64,000 bases of DNA from Octopus sinensis (GCF_006345805.1 NC_043017.1:9114001-9178000); one strand, 5' to 3'. Shown: positions 38,315 to 51,051, numbered from the stretch's first letter. Notes: generated from the letters alone by a model not told the origin. Translations and numbers: made by a program.

Positions 38315-38866
38315 TTAATATTTATCGCCAAACTAATATGGCAGTCCATAAATATAAGACTAAAGCTGTCGCTGATTAGCTCCAAGAGGCCATCGCCTCT
38401 TGCTAGCTATATGACACACGAACCTGCGTCCATTACAACCTTCGAACAGGGGAGGTCAGCCGCTTCACCTTGCTGGTCAGACATCTGCAGACATGTTTCA
38501 GGGTTGTTGCCCTTTATCAATGCAGCGTAGTCAGACCCAGCAGGTGTCGCTACAGACCGTCTGTTCGAAGATTTTATTTAACTAGTTACAGTGGAATACA
38601 TAAATAAAATCTTCGAACAGACGGTCTGTAGCGACACCTGCTGGGTCTGACTACGCTGCATTGATAAAGGGCAACAACCCTGAAACATGTCTGCAGATGT
38701 CTGACCAGCAAGGTGAAGCGGCTGACCTCCCCTGTTCGAAGGTTGTAATGGACGCAGGTTCGTGTGTCATATAGCTAGCTAGAGGCGATGGCCTCTTGGA
38801 GCTAATCAGCGACAGCTTTAGTCTTATATTTATGGACTGCCATATTAGTTTGGCGATAAATATTAA
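38315..38866. repeat. Near-perfect fold-back palindrome: two 266-bp arms and a 20-bp spacer
   Basis: 38315-38580 is the reverse complement of 38601-38866 with one mismatch seen. The spacer is ACTAGTTACAGTGGAATACA. Confidence 0.97.
38656..38696 (+). ncRNA. Minimal type I hammerhead ribozyme, U3-A8 variant (mirror copy 38485-38525 on minus)
   Basis: CTGCA-TTGATAA-AGGG-CAACAA-CCCT-GAA-ACATGT-C-TGCAG: 5-bp stem I, 4-bp stem II, palindromic stem III, GUC cleavage site after 38691. Confidence 0.7.
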
Positions 38867-38990
38867 TATCCAGTAACGCTGTCGTAATCTCCTTTAGAGA
38901 GACTTAGTAATTTTAATATTTCTATATATATATATGTGTATGTATGTATGTATGTATGTATGTATGTATGTATGTATGTATGTATGTATG

Positions 38991-39027
<37 letters not shown>

Positions 39028-39583
39028 CATGTATATACATATTTGTATGTACAAACACACACACACACACACTCATATATATCAAAGAATGAAAGAATAA
39101 AAGATGGATTAGTAGTTTCAAAGCATTAGATAATTCATAAGATATTTATATCTTATGGAGTACAAAAATATATAAATTTAGCAGAAAAAACGAAGATAAT
39201 CAGAAAGAGAAATTTCGTAGCGATTCTTCGTAGACAGGTACAAATCTAAGAGATTCTTACTGTAATGTCGTTAACCAGATAAAAAAAGGATTTGTGCAGT
39301 GTTTTGAGCTGATTCAATCTAGATAAGTAGGTAAAATCCTGGGAATCACTAGTCAAAACTTCGCAAGTGAACGAGTGGAAAGAACAGATAGTTCTTTCCA
39401 GCTGTTTCAGGGGTGAGGTGTTCATTAGAAGCAGTTATGTGCAGTGTGCCCATATATACATAAGATATATTGGTGCAGTTATTATATATGAGTTAGCGCA
39501 GGTGTAAATTATGCGAACAGCCTAAGAAGAAGAAAGAAATTTAGGTAGCGAGGTCTTTAAACGATTTCGTCGTAGCTAGCAAA

Positions 39584-39622
<39 letters not shown>

Positions 39623-39625
39623 AGG

Positions 39626-39666
<41 letters not shown>

Positions 39667-39997
39667 CTCTTCTCACAGCTACCCCGCGTTCAAAAATTAT
39701 ACGAGTATTTAAAAAAAATTCATTCAATAAATAATATTAATAAATACGACACTAATGTAATGTAGTGTAATGGAGGTAAGACAATTTTTTTCAAGTTTGT
39801 TGCACACACGCATTTTTGCTAGTACATACGCGGGGAATCTATACATTAGCGTCGTATTTATTACGTTCGCTATTTTCCAGTAAATATCGGTACTTCGTTG
39901 TACCATATATTTACTTCTATGTATAATTTTCCCTCACGGGCATATTCTTTACCGGAAAGCAATACTCTCGTATTGGATTACTATTTATATATATATA

Positions 39998-40055
<58 letters not shown>

Positions 40056-41124
40056 CGACAAGCTTTCATACCATTTCCATCAACCAAATCCACTCACAAG
40101 GCATTGGTTGAGTCGTTGGGTAAAGTAGAGGACACTTGTCCAAGGTGTCGCGCAGTGGTACTGAATCCGAAACCGCGTGGTTCGGAAGCAAACTTTTTTC
40201 ATCGCACCCCTACCTATCTTTTTGCAATAAAATTTTAATAACACCCCTCCTTTTCTGTCCTCCACCACAAGCCAGCCTCTTCTCAAAGAAATTGACCAAA
40301 AGCCATGATGGATGATGGAAGATAATGTAGGTTAGCCTTCAGTTTTTGAAATAAAATATATGAATATAACAAAAATCATTTGAAATATATTTCACTTGGA
40401 AAAGAAAGTGTAAGAAGGAAACATGACAGTTTCCAAGGAATATTTGAAAAGGAATCTCAGAGTTGTGATGTCATCGTTAAAACAACATATCCGATCTTGT
40501 TGTCTTCTTGGCACAGATTCTTCAATGAAGGTAATTAGCAAATCTCATTGTTTCTTCGTTTTGTTTTCTTATAAAAAAGAAGTTGGTTCCATTCTGTATT
40601 AAATATAAATTTTTAATTTCCAAGGATTTTGGCTTTTAGCTGATGAAATCTTTTCTTCAAGAGCCCCTATACATTTCTCGTTTAGAATCTGATCTCCGTG
40701 GCAAGATCTCAATGTTTTCAGCCTCAGGCCATCTCATCATTGATTTAACTCTAAACCCGGAAGCCTTGTTAGATGGTTGAATGACGTAAATCTTTGTTAA
40801 AAATATTTAGTATTTCTCTAGCTGTTTCTATGTTCTTCTTTAAATGCTTTCATGTGCTTTCTTGAAAGAACAATGTGGTATTTCATAGTTTATTGTGTTT
40901 TCGGTTAAGGCCATCCGCATAAGATATTATTTCCCCTTCTCAAAACAAACTTCAGTCTTTGTTTATTGGCCATCTTCAGAGTTTTTCTTTTTTTTTAAGG
41001 CTTTAAGGCACGTGGACCTAAATCTTAAAAAATTAAAATCAAAATCTGTCTGCGTAAAGAACCCTTTCTCGCCGAAAACATTGTATCTTAGTATCGTTGA
41101 ACAATTTTAGTTAGTAGAGACCAG

Positions 41125-41600
41125 CCACCAGATAGTGCAAGTACCTGAAATCACTAACAACGCACCAGTAATATTGTCTTACTCTGGTTTATTCCTGGTG
41201 TCTGTTGTTAGGAAGCAGAATGTTTCCAGGAGAAACTAGAAACTACCCACCCCTAGATAGAACAAGGATCCGAAATCATGTGTAATATCCCAAGAGCATA
41301 ATCTAGGGACATCCTCCTCCTCTAGTTTGTCATCTGTGTCTACTCCCGGGAAGCAGAATTCTTCGAAGATTAAGTAGATACCAGCTCCAGATAGTACATG
41401 GACCCAAAATCACATATGATATCCCAAGGGCGTAACATTCTAGCATCACCTTACTTTAGTTTGTCACAGGTGTCTATTCATAGGAAGCAGAATAATTCGA
41501 AAAGTAAAAACCTGTCATCAGATAGTACAAGTATCCGAAATGACGAGTAAAATCTCAATAACATAACCTAGTGACATTGTCATACCCTTGTTTGTGACTA
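41125..41600. repeat. Degenerate ~130 bp tandem repeat, about 4 units
   Basis: AGATAGT-CAAG-A-C-GAAATCAC-like motif near 41129, 41254, 41388 and 41519, with GAAGCAGAAT recurring between these motifs. Confidence 0.6.
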
Positions 41601-41626
41601 GTGTCTATTTCCAATAAGCAGAGTAT

Positions 41627-41790
41627 GGGCGCAGGAGTGGCTGTGTGGTAAGTAGCTTGCTTACCAACCACATGGTTCCGGGTTCAGTCCCACTGCGTGG
41701 CATCTTGGGCAAGTGTCTTCTGCTATAGCCCCGGGCCGACCAATGCCTTGTGAGTGGATTTGGTAGACGGAAACTGAAAGAAGCCTGTCG

Positions 41791-41823
<33 letters not shown>

Positions 41824-42040
41824 GTGTGTTTGTGTGTCTATGTTTGTCCCCCTAGCATTGCTTGACAACCGATGCTGGTGTGTTTACGTCCCCGTCACTT
41901 AGCGGTTCGGCAAAAGAGACCGATAGAATAAGTACTGGGCTTACAACGAATGAGTCCCGGGGTCGATTTGCTCGACTAAAAGGCGGTGCTCCAGCATGGC
42001 CGCAGTCAAATGACTGAAACAAGTAAAAGAGTAAAAGAGT
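41627..42040 (+). mobile_element. SINE family A, young near-consensus copy
   Basis: Complete head, body and (AAAAGAGT)n tail with CpGs intact. Confidence 0.88.
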
Positions 42041-43594
42041 AAAGAGAGTATTTCGAGAGGCCAATCTGATGTTACTGCTGCAAACTTCTAACTGGGTTAC
42101 ATGAGGAGATCGTTCTACTGCTTAGCAGCAAACCATCCCCACACAACAGGTTATGGCTTCAAGAAAAAAATCGTTAGACAATTCTTCTCTCCTCCATGCA
42201 ACTATTGCTGAAGTTCTGTCCAAATTTTAACTTTCCTTCACACTACGTCCTACAAACACATTGTAAACTACACACGCTGTTAAAAAACAACACAATGAAT
42301 GAACGAATAGATCCTCCTTCGATTTCGACGATGAGCATTCGATTGCTTCGATCAACTGAACGATTTACCCTTTGAACTGGTGCGTGAAATGGTTGAGTAT
42401 TCCAGAGACACATGTATTCTTAACGTAATTCTTAAGGAGGTGATCAGATTTTATAAACTATATTTTTAAACATTTGTTATTGAGCGTTGGTCTTTCATTA
42501 CTGTCATTCGGTATCATCCTCGTCGTTGTCGTCATCATCATCATCATCATCATCATCATCGGTGTCATCGTCGTCGTTGACATCGTCGTCGTTGACATCG
42601 TCGTCGTCGTCATGATCATCATCATCACCATCATGAGCATCATCATTATAATCTCTGTATATACTTATGTGTGAATGCGCGTGCTTGTACACACGCGCGC
42701 GCGAGCGTCACAGGGAGCAAAGTTTGGATTGTGGGGAGGATGAGGGATAGTTTTGATGCCCATCTCAGTCGAGTAGTTGGTTACCAGGATGGAACTGCGG
42801 ACCGGGGCATTGGGCTGGTGGAGGTGCTACCAACCGGAAGAGTGGAAGAGCTCTGGCCTTTTACGATGAAATCTCTTCCTCAGCTCTCTAAAAACCTCAA
42901 CAGAGTTCTCTTTGTTGACCATCTGGCCAGAGGGAACCCAGTAGATGTAAATGGTGCCCTTGCTGGACATCATTTACATCCACAAGGGGACCATCGTGAG
43001 CTTCCCGCTGGACTTGCTTTGCTTGGTTTTATTGAGTCATGGAGAGCCAGAATGCTCCCATTGGGCAGTCTGTCTCTTGGTCTCTGGATCATAACAGTAA
43101 ATCCAGCTTTCGTCACATGTCACCAGACGCTCAAGCACTCTTGCACTGGAGGTAATCAGCTCAACTATCTTCTTGCTCTCACCAACGCGCCTTTCCTTCT
43201 GTTCGTTACTGAATATCATGGGAACAAATTATGCACACATTTTGCGCGGGTTCAGATCTTCATGAACAATTCTGTGCACAATTGCCACACCAGCTCCGCA
43301 CTGAATTTTTAATGTCTTTATAGACACACAACAGTCTTCAGCCAGAAAATTGCAAATTTCCTCCACCAGCTCTGATGTCCTGCCGTCCCTGCCGCCCCCA
43401 CGCCTTTCAAGGTTTCTCATCTCCTCTTTACCGCTCTTGAACCTCTTTTGCCAGTGAAAAACAGATGTTAATCCATGACCATTCTGGAGCATCTCATAAG
43501 TTTCTGTAGTGTTTTTGTCCATTTAACACAAGACTTTATTGCATAGCCAGCTTCCAAATTATCTTCGCTTCCCGACTGCATCTGTAAGCTAGTC

Positions 43595-43808
43595 AGACCG
43601 AAGTGGAGAAGGGTTCCGTGCCAACGGCGGTCGAGCACGGGTCCGTCGGTCCTAAGAGGCGGGCGAAAGCTTCCACGAAAGGCGCCGGATTCGCGAGCAA
43701 TCGAGCGAATAAGCAAGCGGCCGGCCTCGCATCGAAAGGGAATCGGGTTAATATTCCCGAACCCGAACTCGGAGAGTGCCCGCCCGGCGGCGGGAACGCG
43801 GCGTGCTC
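43595..43808 (+). pseudogene. 28S rRNA fragment (D7a/D7b region), orphan copy
   Basis: Conserved LSU blocks GACCGAAGTGGAGAAGGGTTCC, GTCGGTCCTAAG and CGAAAGGGAATCGGGTTAATATTCCCGAAC in the correct order. It is a GC-rich island in AT-rich DNA. Confidence 0.9.
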
Positions 43809-43837
43809 CTAGTAAGGAGCGTTCAAAGTGCTGTTAC

Positions 43838-44073
43838 ATATTTCTTTACTACCCACAAGGGGCTAAACATAGAGGGGACAAACAAGGACAGACAAAGGGA
43901 TTAAGTCGATTACATCGACCCAGTGCGAAACTGGTACTTTATTTATCGACCCCGAGAGGATGAAAGGCAAAGTCGACCTCGGCAGAATTTGAACTCAGAA
44001 CGTAGCGGCAGACGAAATACTGCTACACATTTCGCCCAGCGTGCTAACGTTTCTGCCAGCTCACCGCCTTACA
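43838..44073 (-). mobile_element. SINE family B with 16-bp TSD
   Basis: TCAAAGTGCTGTTACA is directly repeated on both sides. Confidence 0.9.
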
Positions 44074-45946
44074 TCAAAGTGCTGTTACAGCCATCTCTTT
44101 CAATCTACAATTTCAAAATATGTTGGCAGGTCAGCTTATTCGAAATATAGTAATAATACGCTAAAATTACAATAAACTGTCACAGTTATAACCGTCTCTC
44201 CTATAAAAGTCTCAAACCTTCTGGAATGCAGCTCGTACAATAGCATCCGAATTGTGACCTGAGAATATTATTTACAACGTCGATACATCACACACGTGAT
44301 GGACTTCTTTTAAAGACACACAGCTCCAGAATTAGACTGAGAATGGTTTCGGTATGTTTGATCCATTGCATCTGAGTTGTGCTGAGCAGCGTTTGGGACT
44401 TCTTGCCGGTTTCAGCATTTTAAGTTTTCTCTCCTTCGAATTCAAGTTTTGGATCCATAAACGGAACATTCTGGAAAATTTCAGCTTCAGATGGGAGACA
44501 TTTTCAAGCCGGAGGACGTACTGGGAGAGAACCTTCAAACTGGGAGTATTGTGGCCAAACCGGAGCATATAGTAAGCCTACGTATTCATTCCTATTTTTA
44601 ACAAAATGGGTGGCATAAGCATCAGAGATGCTTTACTTGACGCAGATAACGTAAGAGCTGCTCAAAGATATTGCACACTTTTCGCCAGTTGTTGACGAAA
44701 GCCGCCGCCAGGTTCGTTGTTAGTGATTTCAGGTCCTTGCACTATCTGGTGGCTGGTCTACTAACTAAAATTGTTCAACGATACTAAGATACAATGTTTT
44801 CGGCGGGAAAGGGTTCTTTACGCAGACAGATTTTGATTTTAATTTTTTAAGATTTAGGTCTACGTGCCTTAAAGCCTTAAAAAAAAAGAAAAACTCAGAA
44901 GATGGCCAATAAACAAAGACTGAAGTTTGTTTTGAGAAGGGGAAATAATATCTTATGCGGATGGCCTTAACCGAAAACACAATAAACTTTGAAATACCAC
45001 ATTGTTCTTTCAAGAAAGCACATGAAAGCATTTGAAGAAGAACATAGAAACAGCTAGAGAAATACTAAATATTTTTAACAAAGATTTACGTCATTCAACC
45101 AGCTAACAAGGCTTCCGGGTTTAGAGTTAAATCAATGATGAGATGGCCTGAGGCTGAAAACATTGAAATCTTGCCACGGAGATCAGATTCTAAACGAGAA
45201 ATGTATAGGGGCTCTTGAAGAAAAGATTTCATCAGCTAAAAGCCCAAATCCTTCCATATCTTCCAGGATTCCAAGCATTCGCCTATTCAGTACTCGCTTG
45301 AGTGGTCGCGAGAACTGAATTAGCCTTCGTCTGCAGAAGGGCTCTATCTACAGTCTTTGTCAACCACAGACACTTTGAGCTGGTTTTAGAGGCAACAGCT
45401 ATTTCCTTGGTGTCTTTCTTCACTAATATCTAGGGAATACATTTTGATTAGGATAAGTATAAGTTTCTTCAATCTAGACAAAACAGCGATGTCTAGAAGG
45501 GTTATTTTAATTAATTCTTTCGCAGCCTTTTTTCCCCCCAATTCTCTCAAACAATCCAGAAATCCACAATAGCACATTCTCACTGATACCTCGACACAAT
45601 CTTACTCAACTCTCACACACTTTTAAATAATGTTCACGTTAGACATTTTAACATCATCCTACTCACACGTTTCTGGTTTGTTTTCAGATAAATGGAAGCT
45701 ACATTGTTAAACAAATTATATCTGGCACACAGTTTCTCTATTTTTCACTGAACTTTATAGATTCTGTCAAGAAATAGTAAACCTTTTTAGTTTTTCGCTA
45801 TTTACTTTCATTCGATGGACACGAACGAGCAATGAGTTATGACTCAGAAGGGAAAATAATATTTCCGGCTTGTCTTGTTTTTATTTTCCATCATTTGATA
45901 CGCGAACAATTATTCATAAAAACCGTTTGCTCTAGAAACTGCATCT

Positions 45947-46025
<79 letters not shown>

Positions 46026-46716
46026 CACACACACACACATGCACGCAATACACGTACACGTACACACAAGCACATATCGATTGAAAGATTGAAAGCGTTT
46101 ACTGTTTTCACAAGAAGGACAAATGGCGGCCGGCATAGTTTCTAGACTCGGCCATTTCCAGCAATGTTTGATGGACGGTCGTTACTAAAGCAACTAATCA
46201 TAGTGGCATAGCGGTGTCGAGAGATTGTTTCGGAGGTGGCAGAATAAAAAGAAAAAGATAAAACATTTCTTCGAAGGTTACAAAGTAACAACAGAGCATA
46301 GATTTATTATCATCGTCGTTTTATAAGTCTGATGTGTAGAGAATTAAAGTGTTAAATAACTAACTGACGTGGTTGGCAGTGATCTATATGAATGTCTTTC
46401 TTCTGTCGTCTGCTTCAATGAATCAACTTCTAGTTACGAAGACAGATACGAATGTAACAATGATAGGGTCATAGATAATTGGATTTCTGACAGAGGATTC
46501 AGTGAAATTAGTAACAGTTAAAAGAGCGGAAAACCGATTTAGCGGATTAGGAATGGGAATAGACGCTAATCTTGTGAAGGTAGGAGAAAAGGAGGAAAAC
46601 GGAAGAACGAACACGTTCAGTCTATGCAGCGTGCTTTTAAGTAAATACTCTCGATATTTCGTTTTGGGATTTGGTTTGCAAGATTCTTTATGTGAGTTCG
46701 TGTGTTGAAGCATATT

Positions 46717-47067
46717 CTGTTGTGTCTGGGGAGAGTCATTTTCTTTTTGTGCCTTACAATGTAACACACTCAGCGGTAAAATGTCCACTTATTTTTTTTT
46801 TCCTAAAATTTTCGTTGCGTCTTGCAACCTTTTCAATAGTCTTGAGAGAGTCAAGACTATTGAAAAGGTTGCATATTTTTATTTTCCTAAAATTTTCGTT
46901 GCGTCTTGCAACCTTTTCAATAGTCTTGACTCTCTCAAGATTATTGAAAAGGTTGCAAGACGCAACGAAAATTTTCGGAAAATGAAAATAAATAAGTGGA
47001 CATTTTACCGGTGAGTGTGTTACATTATAAAGCACAAAAAGAAAATGACTCTCCCCAGACACAACAG
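46717..47067. repeat. Fold-back palindromic element with internal 84-bp duplication, carrying three U3-A8 hammerhead motifs
   Basis: Ends CTGTTGTGTCTGGGGAGAGTCATTTTC and GAAAATGACTCTCCCCAGACACAACAG. Motifs at 46803-46839(-), 46887-46923(-) and 46941-46977(+). Confidence 0.9.
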
Positions 47068-47114
47068 ACTCTCAATATTAGTTTCTGGTTTACACTGAAC
47101 AGACAGGGATTGAC

Positions 47115-47865
<751 letters not shown>

Positions 47866-47881
47866 CGTATATCAATATCTA

Positions 47882-48296
47882 TTGGCGAACCGCTAAGTTA
47901 TTTTATCGATTTCGTTTGGGGATCCGCTAGGGTTATTTTATCGATCTCGTTTGGCGAACCGCTAAGTTATTCTATCGATTTCCTTTGACGAAAAGCTAAG
48001 TTATTTTATTGATCTCCTTTGGCGAACCGCTAGATTATTCTATCGAACCCTTTTGGCGAACCTCTAAATTACTTTATCGATCTTCTTTGGCGAACTGCTT
48101 AATTATTTTATTGATCTCCTTTGGCGAACCGCTAGGTTATTTTATCGATCTCATTTGGCGAAACGCTAAGTTATTTTATCGATAACCATTGGCGAACCGC
48201 TAAGATATTTTAATGAACACGTTTGGCGAGCCGCTAGGTTATTCTATCAAATCCGTTTGGCGAACCGCTAAGTTATTTTATCGATCTCCTTAGGCG
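47882..48296 (+). repeat. 35-bp minisatellite, about 12 diverged units, derived from SINE A body
   Basis: Unit TTGGCGAACCGCTAAGTTATTTTATCGATCTCCTT resembles the SINE A segment TATTCTATCGGTCTCTTTTGCCGAACCGCTAAGTTA. Confidence 0.85.
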
Positions 48297-48479
48297 ACAA
48301 CGGATGTTGGTGTGTTTACGTCCCCGTATCTTAGCGGTTCGGCAAATTAGACCTATAGTATAAGCACTAGGCTTATAAATAACAAGTCGTGAAGCTTATT
48401 TGTTCGACCGAAAGGCGGTGCTGTAGCATGGCCGCAGTCAAATGACTGAAACAAATAAAAGAGTAAAAGAACAGAGAGG

Positions 48480-48521
<42 letters not shown>

Positions 48522-48523
48522 TA

Positions 48524-48560
<37 letters not shown>

Positions 48561-48832
48561 TCTTTGTACATGTGTGTTGTCTGTGTGCCAGTTTGCCGTT
48601 GTCGGTCTGTCATTGTGTATTTGGCCCTGTGTGTAGATGTCCCTGTGTATCATTGCACATACCTCTATGTGTGAGTGTGTATGTGTGTGTATGTGCGTAT
48701 GTGCATGCATGTATGTGTATGTGTGAGTGTGCCGATGATTATCTGTGTATGAATCTCTTTGTCTCTGTATGATATATAACATATATGTATATATATATGT
48801 ATATATATATATATATGTATATATATATAATG

Positions 48833-48869
<37 letters not shown>

Positions 48870-48955
48870 GGTATATATATATATGGATATATATATATAT
48901 GTATATATATATATACATATGTATATATATGTATATATATATACATATGTATATA

Positions 48956-49004
<49 letters not shown>

Positions 49005-49089
49005 ACACACACACCTACATATATATATATATATATAATACATATATATATATGTACGTAGTGTATTGTGTGTATGCATATATATATGT

Positions 49090-49120
<31 letters not shown>

Positions 49121-50137
49121 TTATTCATGTGTACGTATGTGTGTTTGTCTGTCTATGTAAGTACGTATCTCTGAAGATCTATGTGTGTGTGTGGGGGTGG
49201 GTGGGTGGGGGGTGGATGTGTGTGTGTGTGTGTATGTGTGTGAGGTGTGTGTGTGGGTGTTTATTACGTCGCACGCCGTAAATATATCAAATGATTACAT
49301 TTGAAGTCAGTTTAGCTTTTAATGCCCTACTTTAACAATAAGGATCTTCTTTTATGGTCGTCTGCGTAGCTTGTTGTTGTTGTTGTTGTTGTTGTTGTAA
49401 TGGTGGTGGCGGTGCTTTATAGTTTCCTATAACAGCAGCAGCAGCAGCAGCTGTGGCAAGAATAGTTACTATCATCACTAATACCACCACACCACTGCAC
49501 TTCCTCCTCCTCCTCCTTCATCTTCTTTATCATCATCATTGTGGTTTTTGTCGTAGTTTTAGCCATCACCATCATCATCACGATCATCAACACGATCGTC
49601 ATCATCATCATCGTCATCGTCATCATCATCGTCATCGTCATCATCATCTTCATCATCACGATCATCATCATCATCAGCTGTCACATCCTCAATGTTCCCG
49701 TGGGCCACCAGAAGTGAGGGGATCCCCAAGACGGTATCTATGTCGACTTTGCCTTTCATCCTTTCGGGGTCGATAAATTAAGTACCAGTTACGCAGTGGG
49801 GTCGATATAATCGACTTAATCCGTTTGTCTGTCCTTGTTTGTCCCCCTCTATGTTTAGCCCCTTGTGGGCAGTAAAGAAATAGGTATCTATGTCTGCTCG
49901 CGATTGTGCAGGCGCCTTAAATAATTGTCGAAAGCACGGTACATATAACCAAACCATATTCGCTTGCGAATGACGACACAGTATTCCTTGAGTTGGTGTT
50001 TATGAATGTATTCCATAACAGAGGGATTTTCTAAGTTTATTATTAAGTTTATTTTTGCGGATGTACGTACATACTACATACATACATACATACATACATA
50101 ATTACATACATACACACACACCACACACACACACATA

Positions 50138-50209
<72 letters not shown>

Positions 50210-50423
50210 GGGAGAATTCACACACAAAAAATAAAAGACGAAGACAGTTGGGTATACACACATATATAAATTCAAAATTCACATACATTATCATTATCTC
50301 ACATATAATGAGAGTTTGTGACTTTGGAGAGTTTTAACTCTTCTTTCTAGCAAACAGGTGCATTTTGTACCCTAACTTCTAATATATAGTTTGCTTATTG
50401 GGTTATGTTTGCTGGCCACTTTA

Positions 50424-50523
50424 NNNNNNNNNNNNNNNNNNNNNNNNNNNNNNNNNNNNNNNNNNNNNNNNNNNNNNNNNNNNNNNNNNNNNNNNNNNNN
50501 NNNNNNNNNNNNNNNNNNNNNNN
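50424..50523. other. Assembly gap (100 N)
   Basis: Run of N. Confidence 1.
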
Positions 50524-51051
50524 TATACCCAGGTGTCGAAACCATAATGATATCCATGGGGCAGCTGATGATGGAGGTATGTTGGATTGTTGGTAAGGCT
50601 CTTTTTGTATATCTGGAATAGTATTATAACACATCCTTTTGATATTTGTCTTTTTCTGTTTTTTTTTTTGGAGGGGGAGGGTTGTAGTTGTTTTGCGGGG
50701 CGGGGTTTGAGTGATTCCAGTACTTTTTCTATTGGCCTGTTTTGCCGAACCGCTAGATAACGGGGATATAAACAAATACCGACTGTCATGCGATGGAACG
50801 TTGACGAAGAGGCACAAAGACACACACACACACACGCACACACACACCGCACACACACACACACACACATATGTGCAACAGGTTTCTATACAGTTTCCGT
50901 CAACCAAATCCACCCTCTCGCCAGGTTTTTGGTCACCCAGATGCTACAGTAGAAAACACTTTCCCAATACGACACGCAGCGGGACTGAACCCGAAACGAT
51001 GTGGCTAGAAAACAAACCTCTTACCACACAGCCAAGCGTACGGTGGCATAG

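Larger units (their letters stand above)
42707..44237 (-). mobile_element. Decayed mariner (D,D34D-type) transposon, 3'-truncated, with nested 28S fragment and SINE
   Basis: TIR TACGAGCTGCATTCCAGAAGGTTTGAGAC at the right end and ATG at 43581. The frameshifted transposase shows VFHWQKRFKSG, CAKFVPM, VTCDESWIYCYDPETKRQTAQW, HQPNAP and HPPHNPNFAPCD. Confidence 0.9.
40622..45253. repeat. Long inverted duplication: arms 40622-41162 and 44715-45253
   Basis: Arms of ~540 bp are reverse complements with about 10 differences counted by eye. The ORF track shows the same peptide on opposite strands (40895+ and 44765-). Confidence 0.95.

Noticed and set aside
42671-43312. 213-aa plus-strand ORF
   Set aside because: Antisense shadow of the minus-strand mariner transposase.
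43595-43808. Functional rRNA gene
   Set aside because: Only ~215 bp, with no flanking rDNA.
47882-48296. 35-bp regularly spaced repeat resembling a CRISPR array
   Set aside because: Units are contiguous with no unique spacers, the context is eukaryotic, and there are no cas genes.
49453-49776. His-rich or Asp-rich protein ORFs (also 42458-42692)
   Set aside because: (CAT/CGT)n trinucleotide repeats with no splice or domain support.
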